Below are positions 13,701 to 24,166 of a DNA stretch of 64,000 nt, piece after piece (within the stretch, counting starts at the first letter, position 1; each line of letters starts with the position of its first letter). Origin of the DNA: Nemertoderma westbladi (lineage: Eukaryota > Animalia > Xenacoelomorpha); contig JAUCBJ010005016.1 of assembly GCA_032718475.1 (NCBI GenBank), positions 159,187-223,186 on the forward strand, given 5' to 3'. Below the pieces are notes generated by a model, which was given only the letters and a program-made list of their open reading frames with translations, was not told the origin of the DNA and made no database searches. The position numbers and the translations under genes were made by a program.

Positions 13701-16700
13701 TTTGTAGAAGAGACCACCAGTCCTAGTGCAGCGGGAGTATATTACGTAGTTTGTATGAGAGACCACTGGTCCTAATGGAGCGGGAGTATATGGCGTAGTT
13801 TGTAGAAGAGACCACCAGACCTAATAGAGTGGGAGTATATGACGTAGTTTGTAGAAGAGACCACCAGTCCTAGTGGAACGGGAGTATATGACGTAGTTTG
13901 TAGAAGGGACCACTGGTCCTGATGGAGCGGGAGTATATGACGTAGTTTGTAGAAGGGACCACCAGTCCTAATGGAGCGGGGGTATATGACGTAATTTGTA
14001 GAAGAGACCACCGGTCCTAATGGAGCGGGAGTATATGATGTAGTTTGTAGAAGAGACCACCAGTCCTAATGGAGCGGGAGTATATGACGTAGTTTGTAGA
14101 AGAGACCACCGGTCCTAATGGAGCGGGAGTATATGACCTAGTTTGTAGAAGAGACCACCAGTCCTAGTGGAGCGGGAGTATATGACATAGTTTGTAGAAG
14201 AGACCACTGGTCCTAATGGAGTGGGGGTATATGACGTAGTTTGTAGAAGAGACCACCGGTCCTAATGGAGCGGGGGTATATGACGTAGTTTGTAGAAGAG
14301 ACCACCAGTCCTAGTGGAGCGGGAGTATATTACGTAGTTTGTAGAAGGGACCACTGGTCCCAATGGAGCGGGAGTATATGGCGTAGTTTGTAGAAGAGAC
14401 CACCAGACCTAATAGAGTGGGAGTATATGATGTAGTTTGTAGAAGAGACCACCAGTCCTAGTGGAGCGGGAGTATATGACATAGTTTGTAGAAGGGACCA
14501 CCGGTCGTAATGGAGCGGGGGTATATGACGTAGTTTGTAGAAGAGACCACCAGTCCTAATGGAGCAGGGGTATATGATGTAGTTTGTAGAAGAGACCACC
14601 AGTCCTAGTGGAGCGGGAGTATATTACGTAGTTTGTAGAAGAGACCACTGGTCCTAATGGAGCGGGAGTATATGGCGTAGTTTGTAGAAGAGACCACCAG
14701 ACCTAATGGAGTGGGAGTATATGACGTAGTTTGTAGAAGAGACCACCAGTCCTAGTGGAGCGGGAGTATATGCCGTAGTTTGTAGAAGGGACCACTGGTC
14801 CTAATGGAGCGGGAGTATATGACGTAGTTTGTAGAAGAGACAACCGGTCCTAATGGAGCGGGAGCATATGACGTAGTTTGTAGAAGAGACCACCGGTCCT
14901 AATGGAGCGGGAGTATATGGCGTAGTTTGTAGAAGGGACCACTGGTCCTAATGGAGCGGGAGTATATGACGTAGTTTGTAGAAGAGACCAGCGGTCCTAA
15001 TGGAGCGGGAGTATATGACGTAGTTTGTAGAAGAGACCACCAGTCCTAGTGGAGCGGGAGTATATGACGTAGTTTGTAGAAGAGACCACCGGTCCTAATG
15101 GAGCGGGAGTATATGACGTAGTTTGTAGAAGAGACCACCGGTGCTAATGGAGCGGGGGTATATGACGTAGTTTGTAGAAGAGACCACTGGTCCTAATGGA
15201 GCGGGAATATATATAGTAGTTTGTAGAAGAGACCACCGGTCCTAATGGAGCAGGGGTATATGACATAGTTTGTAGAAGAGACCACCAGTCCCAGTGGAAC
15301 GGGAGTATATTACATAGTTTGTAGAAGAGACCACTGGTCCTAATGGAGTGGGAGTATATGGCGTAGTTTGTAGAAGAGACCACCAGACCTAATGGAGTGG
15401 GAGTATATGACGTAGTTTGTAGAAGAGACCACCTGTCCTAGTGGAGCGGGAGTATATGACGTAGTTTGTAGAAGGGACCACTGGTCCTAATGGAGCGGGA
15501 GTATATGACGTAGTTTGTAGAAGGGACCACCAGTCCTAATGGAGCGGGGGTATATGACGTAGTTTGTAGAAGAGACCACCAGTCCTAGTGGAGCGGGAGT
15601 ATATTACGTAGTTTGTAGAAGAGACCACTGGTCCTAATGGAGCGGGAGTATATGGCGTAGTTTGTAGAAGAGACCACCAGACCTAATGGAGTGGGAGTAT
15701 ATGACGTAGTTTGTAGAAGAGACCACCAGTCCTAGTGGAGCGGGAGTATATGACGTAGTTTGTAGAAGGGACCACTGGTCCTAATGGAGCGGGGGTATAT
15801 GACGTAGTTTGTAGAAGAGACCACCGGTCCTAATGGAGCGGGGGTATATGACGTAGTTTGTAGAAGAGACCACCAGTCCTAGTGGAGCGGGAGTATATTA
15901 CGTAGTTTGTAGAAGAGACCACTGGTCCTAATGGAGCGGGAGTATATGGCGTAGTTTGTAGAAGAGACCACCAGACCTAATGGAGTGGGAGTATATGACG
16001 TAGTTTGTAGAAGAGACCACCAGTCCTAGTGGAGCGGGAGTATATGACGTAGTTTGTAGAAGGGACCACCGGTCGTAATGGAGCGGGGGTATATGACGTA
16101 GTTTGTAGAAGAGACCACCGGTCCTAATGGAGCAGGGGTATATGATGTAGTTTGTAGAAGAGACCACCAGTCCTAGTGGAGCGGGAGTATATTACGTAGT
16201 TTGTAGAAGAGACCACTGGTCCTAATGGAGCGGGAGTATATGGCGTAGTTTGTAGAAGAGACCACCAGACCTAATAGAGTGGGAGTATATGACATAGTTT
16301 GTAGAAGAGACCACCAGTCCTAGTGGAACGGGAGTATATGACGTAGTTTGTAGAAGGGACCACTGGTCCTGATGGAGCGGGAGTATATGACGTAGTTTGT
16401 AGAAGGGACCACCAGTCCTAATGGAGCGGGGGTATATGACGTAATTTGTAGAAGAGACCACCGGTCCTAATGGAGCGGGAGTATATGATGTAGTTTGTAG
16501 AAGAGACCACCAGTCCTAATGGAGCGGGAGTATATGACGTAGTTTGTAGAAGAGACCACCGGTCCAAATGGAGCGGGAGTATATGACCTAGTTTGTAGAA
16601 GAGACCACCAGTCCTAGTGGAGCGGGAGTATATGACATAGTTTGTAGAAGAGACCACTGGTCCTAATGGAGCGGGGGTATATGACGTAGTTTGTAGAAGA

Positions 16701-19700
16701 GACCACCGGTCCTAATGGAGCGGGGGTATATGACGTAGTTTGTAGAAGAGACCACCAGTCCTAGTGGAGCGGGAGTATATTACGTAGTTTGTAGAAGGGA
16801 CCACTGGTCCCAATGGAGCGGGAGTATATGGCGTAGTTTGTAGAAGAGACCACCAGACCTAATAGAGTGGGAGTATATGATGTAGTTTGTAGAAGAGACC
16901 ACCAGTCCTAGTGGAGCGGGAGTATATGACATAGTTTGTAGAAGGGACCACCGGTCGTAATGGAGCGGGGGTATATGACGTAGTTTGTAGAAGAGACCAC
17001 CAGTCCTAATGGAGCAGGGGTATATGATGTAGTTTGTAGAAGAGACCACCAGTCCTAGTGGAGCGGGAGTATATTACGTAGTTTGTAGAAGAGACCACTG
17101 GTCCTAATGGAGCGGGAGTATATGGCGTAGTTTGTAGAAGAGACCACCAGACCTAATGGAGTGGGAGTATATGACATAGTTTGTAGAAGAGACCACCAGT
17201 CCTAGTGGAGCGGGAGTATATGCCGTAGTTTGTAGAAGGGACCACTGGTCCTAATGGAGCGGGAGTATATGACGTAGTTTGTAGAAGAGACAACCGGTCC
17301 TAATGGAGCGGGAGCATATGACGTAGTTTGTAGAAGAGACCACCGGTCCTAATGGAGCGGGAGTATATGGCGTAGTTTGTAGAAGGGACCACTGGTCCTA
17401 ATGGAGCGGGAGTATATGACGTAGTTTGTAGAAGAGACCAGCGGTCCTAATGGAGCGGGAGTATATGACGTAGTTTGTAGAAGAGACCACCAGTCCTAGT
17501 GGAGCGGGAGTATATGACGTAGTTTGTAGAAGAGACCACCGGTCCTAATGGAGCGGGAGTATATGACGTAGTTTGTAGAAGAGACCACCGGTGCTAATGG
17601 AGCGGGGGTATATGACGTAGTTTGTAGAAGAGACCACCAGTCCTAGTGGAGCGGGAGTATATTACGTAGTTTGTAGAAGAGACCACCAGTCCTAGTGGAG
17701 CGGGAGTATATTATGTAGTTTGTAGAAGAGACCACTGGTCCTAATGGAGCGGGAATATATATAGTAGTTTGTAGAAGAGACCACTGGTCCTAATGGAGCA
17801 GGGGTATATGACATAGTTTGTAGAAGAGACCACCAGTCCTAGTGGAGCGGGAGTATATTACATAGTTTGTAGAAGAGACCACTGGTCCTAATGGAGTGGG
17901 AGTATATGGCGTAGTTTGTAGAAGAGACCACCAGACCTAATGGAGTGGGAGTATATGACGTAGTTTGTAGAAGAGACCACCTGTCCTAGTGGAGCGGGAG
18001 TATATGACGTAGTTTGTAGAAGGGACCACTGGTCCTAATGGAGCGGGAGTATATGACGTAGTTTGTAGAAGGGACCACCAGTCCTAATGGAGCGGGGGTA
18101 TATGACGTAGTTTGTAGAAGAGACCACCAGTCCTAGTGGAGCGGGAGTATATTACGTAGTTTGTAGAAGAGACCACTGGTCCTAATGGAGCGGGAGTATA
18201 TGGCGTAGTTTGTAGAAGAGACCACCAGACCTAATGGAGTGGGAGTATATGACGTAGTTTGTAGAAGAGACCACCAGTCCTAGTGGAGCGGGAGTATATG
18301 ACGTAGTTTGTAGAAGGGACCACTGGTCCTGATGGAGCGGGAGTATATGACGTAGTTTGTAGAAGGGACCACCAGTCCTAATGGAGCGGGGGTATATGAC
18401 GTAGTTTGTAGAAGAGACCACCGGTCCTAATGGAGCGGGAGTATATGATGTAGTTTGTAGAAGAGACCACCAGTCCTAATGGATCGGGAGTATATGACGT
18501 AGTTTGTAGAAGAGACCACTGGTCCTAATGGAGCGGGAGTATATGACGTAGTTTGTAGAAGAGACCACCAGTCCTAGTGGAGTGGGAGTATATGACGTAG
18601 TTTGTAGAAGGGACCACCAGTCCTAATGGAGCGGGGGTATATGACGTAGTTTGTAGAAGAGACCACTGGTCCTAATGGAGCGGGGGTATATGATGTAGTT
18701 TGTAGAAGAGACCACCGGTCCTAATGGAGCGGGAGTATATGACGTAGTTTGTAGAAGAGACCACCAGTCCTAGTGGAGCGGGAGTATATGACGTAGTTTG
18801 TAGAAGAGACCACCGGTCCTAATGGAGCAGGGGTATATGATGTAGTTTGTAGAAGAGACCACCAGTCCTAGTGGAGCGGGAGTATATTACGTAGTTTGTA
18901 GAAGAGACCACTGGTCCTAATGGAGCGGGAGTATATGGCGTAGTTTGTAGAAGAGACCACCAGACCTAATAGAGTGGGAGTATATGACGTAGTTTGTAGA
19001 AGAGACCACCAGTCCTAGTGGAGCGGGAGTATATGACGTAGTTTGTAGAAGGGACCACCGGTCGTAATGGAGCGGGGGTATATGACGTAGTTTGTAGAAG
19101 AGACCACCAGTCCTAATGGAGCAGGGGTATATGATGTAGTTTGTAGAAGAGACCACCAGTCCTAGTGGAGCGGGAGTATATTACGTAGTTTGTAGAAGAG
19201 ACCACTGGTCCTAATGGAGCGGGAGTATATGGCGTAGTTTGTAGAAGAGACCACCAGACCTAGTGGAGTGGGAGTATATGACGTAGTTTGTAGAAGAGAC
19301 CACCAGTCCTAGTGGAGCGGGAGTATATGCCGTAGTTTGTAGAAGAGACAACCGGTCCTAATGGAGCGGGAGCATATGACGTAGTTTGTAGAAGAGACCA
19401 CCGGTCCTAATGGAGCGGGAGTATATGGCGTAGTTTGTAGAAGGGACCACTGGTCCTAATGGAGCGGGAGTATATGACGTAGTTTGTAGAAGAGACCACC
19501 GGTCCTAATGGAGCGGGAGTATATGACGTAGTTTGTAGAAGAGACCACCAGTCCTAGTGGAGCGGGAGTATATGACGTAGTTTGTAGAAGAGACCACCGG
19601 TCCTAATGGAGCGGGAGCATATGACGTAGTTTGTAGAAGAGACCACCGGTGCTAATGGAGCGGGAGTATATGACGTAGTTTGTAGAAGGGACCACTGGTC

Positions 19701-20660
19701 CTAATGGAGCGGGAGTATATGACGTAGTTTGTAGAAGAGACCACCGGTCCTAATGGAGCGGGAGTATATGACGTAGTTTGTAGAAGAGACCACTGGTCCT
19801 AATGGAGCGGGAGTATATGACGCAGTTTGTAGAAGAGACCACCGGTCCTAATGGAGCGGGAGTATATGACGTAGTTTGTAGAAGAGACCACCGGTCCTAG
19901 TGGAGCGGGAGTATATGATGTAGTTTGTAGAAGAGACCACTGGTCCTAATGGAGCGGGAGTATATGACGTAGTTTGTAGAAGAGACCACCGGTCCTAATG
20001 GAGCGGGAGTATATGACGTAGTTTGTAGAAGAGACCACCGGTCCTAATGGAGCAGGAGTATATGGCGTAGTTTGTAGAAGGGACCACTGGTCCTAATGGA
20101 GCAGGAGTATATGACGTAGTTTGTAGAAGAGACCACCAGTCCTAGTGGAGCGGGAGTATATGACGTAGTTTGTAGAAGGGACCACCGGTCGTAATGGAGC
20201 GGGGGTATATGACGTAGTTTGTTGAAGAGACCACCAGTCCTAATGGAGCAAGGGTATATGATGTAGTTTGTAGAAGAGACCACCAGTCCTAGTGGAGCGG
20301 GAGTATATTACGTAGTTTGTAGAAGAGACCACTGGTCCTAATGGAGCGGGAGTATATGGCGTAGTTTGTAGAAGAGACCACCAGACCTAATGGAGTGGGA
20401 GTATATGACGTAGTTTGTAGAAGAGACCACCAGTCCTAGTGGAGCGGGAGTATATGCCGTAGTTTGTAGAAGAGACAACCGGTCCTAATGGAGCGGGAGC
20501 ATATGACGTAGTTTGTAGAAGAGACCACCGGTCCTAATGGAGCGGGAGTATATGGCGTAGTTTGTAGAAGGGACCACTGGTCCTAATGGAGCGGGAGTAT
20601 ATGACGTAGTTTGTAGAAGAGACCACCGGTCCTAATGGAGCGGGAGTATATGACGTAGTT
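7702..20660. repeat. 49-bp satellite array, right block (~264 monomers) with higher-order repeats
   Basis: Same monomer. Diagnostic variants recur at 294 bp (6-mer), 1568 bp (32-mer) and 2450 bp (50-mer) spacings. Confidence 0.98.
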
Positions 20661-21904
20661 TGTAAAAGCTTTTGTGGGATAACTGATTCGTTTGCCTTGC
20701 TAACCAGTTCCCCCCAGGCGCTGGAATACTCTAAAAAAGGGATCTATAACTCGAATAGCGCAAGCTACCGGCTGATTGGCTGATTCGCTGTGCGAAGGGA
20801 TCTGGGCTACGTTTGATTGTCCAACCAGCTTGGGAAAGTTGCCCCACAGCCCTGCTTTCTGTATCTGCCAATAGGATTTGAGTTGATTTTGATTTCGACC
20901 TATCACAGATCTACTGAACTGAATTTTCCTATCTGTATGCTCTTTCTCTGTGTTGGGTGGAAGCCTTTGTAAATAAGGTTATTCTTATCAGTTTTCAGTG
21001 TTGTTGGTCTTTCTGTCCTGAGCCAGGAGAGAACGGCTTGTAAATATTTTGTGCTTTTCTGTTTTAGTCTAACACTAGTAGGCTTAATTATAAGGACATA
21101 TATCCGTTATCAAACTAATGAACACACTGAATCACTGTGCATAACAATCCAATTCAAACTGATGTTTGGTCTTTCTTGCATACTTTTATATTACTATTTT
21201 TACTACTATTTTTATCTCTACTATTATTACTACTTTTATACTGCTATTTACTGTCAGTTCTTCATAATATGGTTGATGAATTATTATATTTGGAATAACG
21301 ATAAATAACCCCGAAACCCAATATTCTTGATATACCGAAGGTAAGAGAGAAAGGTTACATATAACGATTGTGACTTATGTTAAAGTGGTTTGAAGTGAAT
21401 CTAATGTTATTTGATAGACCCTACATGAGTCGGTCCGTGTTCCTTTTATATATAACTAAAATCAGTGAAGATCGGCAGATCAGTGTGCAGTATTGTGCAG
21501 CATTGTGTATGAGTGAGACTGATAACGAAGCATTTCCTAAAGAATGCGCCATATATGTGAATTATAACTAAGCCATATCGTTGTGAGTAGTTTAAGTCAT
21601 AACTCTGTTTATATAGATAGAGCGCCACGTCCTAAAGGAACCTGTTAATATTTCCCGAAGGTGAATAATATTGTCAGAGATTATATAATACTGTCAGTCG
21701 AATAATACATTAGGCTTACATAGCAATAAGATTAAGCCGTCGAACCCAATCTCCCGGGTATATCCAGCGGGTGAATGATCGCGCACAGATTGGTTTCGAC
21801 CAGTGTAGTGAATTAAATACTTGTCATAGGCTAAAAGTGATTTATTATCTAGAAGACATCCTAATTTGGCGGGTTAAACTGCCAAAGGTCTGAAAGCGCG
21901 AACA
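20661..21904 (+). repeat. Element 1 5' LTR (1244 bp)
   Basis: TG...CA ends. The ~21235-21904 part is near-identical to 36103-36770, while the upstream part is strongly divergent from the 3' LTR. Hairpin TTTGGCG...TGCCAAA near the 3' end. Confidence 0.93.
21096..21110 (+). promoter_or_regulatory. Candidate self-primer segment in the LTR (ACATATATCCGTTAT)
   Basis: Exact reverse complement of 21905-21919. Also present in the 3' LTR at 36034-36048, although the sequence just downstream differs between the LTRs. Confidence 0.8.
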
Positions 21905-21919
21905 ATAACGGATATATGT
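21905..21919 (+). promoter_or_regulatory. Non-tRNA primer-binding site of element 1 (ATAACGGATATATGT)
   Basis: Abuts the LTR 3' end, has no TGG, and is complementary to 21096-21110. Confidence 0.8.
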
Positions 21920-21984
21920 TTCTTTATTGCAGTAAGCAATAAAGTTGAAAGTACCGGTCAACCGGTAAACCTGAACGGTACATC

Positions 21985-22100
21985 TGTAGGTCAGTAGGCC
22001 CAACTGCCAGAACCGGTACTGCCGTAGGTCCGTAGGTCCAACTGCCAGAACCGGTACTTCTGTAGGTCCGTAGGCCTAACTGTCCTAACCGGTACTTCCC
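21985..22100. repeat. Short tandem repeat (~35-39 bp, 3 copies) in the element 1 leader
   Basis: Recurrent GTAGGTC..GTAGG(C/T)CCAACTGCCAGAACCGGTACT units. Confidence 0.75.
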
Positions 22101-22275
22101 GTATAAGTACATTAGTATTATTCGATTTGATTGTTGCATACCGGTAGGCTGTTTAAGAGATTAGGGACTGTACACCCCTTGTTTCTTTTGGAGCTTACTT
22201 ATTTCTGTCAATTTTATTTTATTTGTAGGCCAGTATTGAACAGAAGGCATGTAAGCCTGATCAGATTGTACAGAC

Positions 22276-22850
22276 AATTTGTAGGCTGAGCTGTTGTCTG
22301 ATTGCTGTTAGGTCTGAACGGATTGCAGTGTGTGTAGATCACCTGTCAGATAAAGAACGGTTAGGAAGTAGGGGCAGCAAATGCTGTAAGGTAAACCCCC
22401 AACTAAAGAATAAGTCGTACTACTGGGTTAGAACGCATACTACCTAATCATTTCGGAGTCTGCATGTCCTGTAGTTTATTTAGGCTTGAGAGTAGTCTGC
22501 CATCGTTGAGTCTGTACTTTGTTTGTGTAAGTCTGTACGGGTAGCGTATAATATTTATTTAGATAATTTGTAGGCTGGATAGTTGTCTGGCTGTTGTTAG
22601 GTCTGAACGGATTGTAGTGTGTGTAGAGCCCTTGTCCGATAAAGAACGGTTAGGAAGTAGGGGCAGCCAATGCTGTAAGGTAAACCCCCAATTAAAGAAT
22701 AAGTCGTACTACTGGGTTAGAACGCATACTACCTAATCATTTCGGAGTCTGCATATACCGTAGTTTGTTTAGGCTTGATAGTAGTCTGTCGGTATTTGGT
22801 CTGCATTTTGTTTGAGTATTTGTACGCGTAGCGTAATATTTATTATTCAG
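22276..22850. repeat. ~289-bp tandem duplication in the element 1 5' leader
   Basis: Two copies (~22276-22563 and ~22565-22850) with a nearly identical core TAAAGAACGGTTAGGAAGTAGGGGCAGC...TTTCGGAGTCTGCAT. Confidence 0.9.
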
Positions 22851-24166
22851 AGTTTATGCGATTATTCGCAACATTCATTCCCCAAGTTTGTTCCTACAAT
22901 AATTGTGTTTGTTATACATACCGCTATAGTTAAATTAACCCCGGTACTACACGGGCTGCTTGGCGTAGGTAAAGACTGGTGATTTTGTGCACCGGTCACT
23001 CCAGGAGATGCCGTGGTTCTTTTAACTGTTCAAGTATATTTAACTACTGATTATATGTTGTACAAGTACTCGTACCTAATTTAGGGTTTAGTGTACAGTG
23101 CTTTCCGAAAGTAATTAGTGTAGGCATTATATTTGTGTTGTAAAGTGGTTGATAGGCACGTTCGATTAGCTCTATTAACTTCTAGGTGGGAACACTCCGT
23201 GATACATAACGTAGTACCTATAGCGATACGGCTATAGGTCGTCAGGCGGTGGTATTTTCCTATCTGGACAACGCAGTGTATTTACTACTACGTATTATTT
23301 TCAAATACCGCAGTACCCTGTCCGTTGTAATAACCAGATTTCTAACCCTTTGTTAGGCTGGTTTGTAGACTTCTTGTAAAATTACCCTAAAAAATTCGTA
23401 TTTTGTGTTTTTTGTAAATTTTTGTGTTTATTTAGAGATTGTAATCTCACCCGAATTGTACGTAATTTGTAGTATTAAGTAACTTAGGTAAATTAGTATT
23501 ATTTGTTTTAGTGTCCTATAAGTAACACTTCACTGAAAGCGCACCGCTTTGTGTAGTGATTACTCCCTAGAAATAATAACATTTATTTCAAACATTGACA
23601 AAACCCATTAAAACGGGTATATATATATTATAAATCAAATCTAACGATTTATAAATAGTAGGCCTACCATACAACCATTAGGTCTCAATATCAGTTGGAT
23701 TACTGCTCAAATAACGGTAATAAAGTAAGTAAAGTAACCAAGTAACCCAAAAAATTCAGAAATTCAATTATTTAAAATAATTGATATACCGGTATTTACG
23801 ATAGGCCTATTATCTTCATTTCTATAAATTTAGGCTGAAACTATACCGGTACTTTATAATTAATTCTAGTCCAGAATTATAATTATATATACTACAAAAC
23901 TGTAAGCTGTATACCGGTATTCCCGATAGGCCTATTATATATTTATATATATTTGTGCTAAAATTATACCGGTATTCTGTGATAAACCTAGTCTGTAATA
24001 ATAGTTATATATACTATAAGCATACCGGTATTCTAATATATTATATATATCATGCTACACTGAGTAGCAGTACCGGTAATTAATTACTAGGCTATCAGTT
24101 AACACTGAGCTACTAGACTTGCTCAGACTGTAATACAGCAGTAGACATTCAACTGTACACATAAAC

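Noticed and set aside
227-20660. CRISPR-like array, or coding repeat (79-89-aa MVSSTNY… ORFs)
   Set aside because: There are no unique spacers, monomers are contiguous, and no cas genes are present. Because 49 is not divisible by 3, frames cycle and the ORFs appear only where a variant removes a stop.
21051-21628. Short ORFs within the LTRs (also at 35830-36495)
   Set aside because: They are low-complexity or simply duplicated with the LTR, and show no protein motifs.
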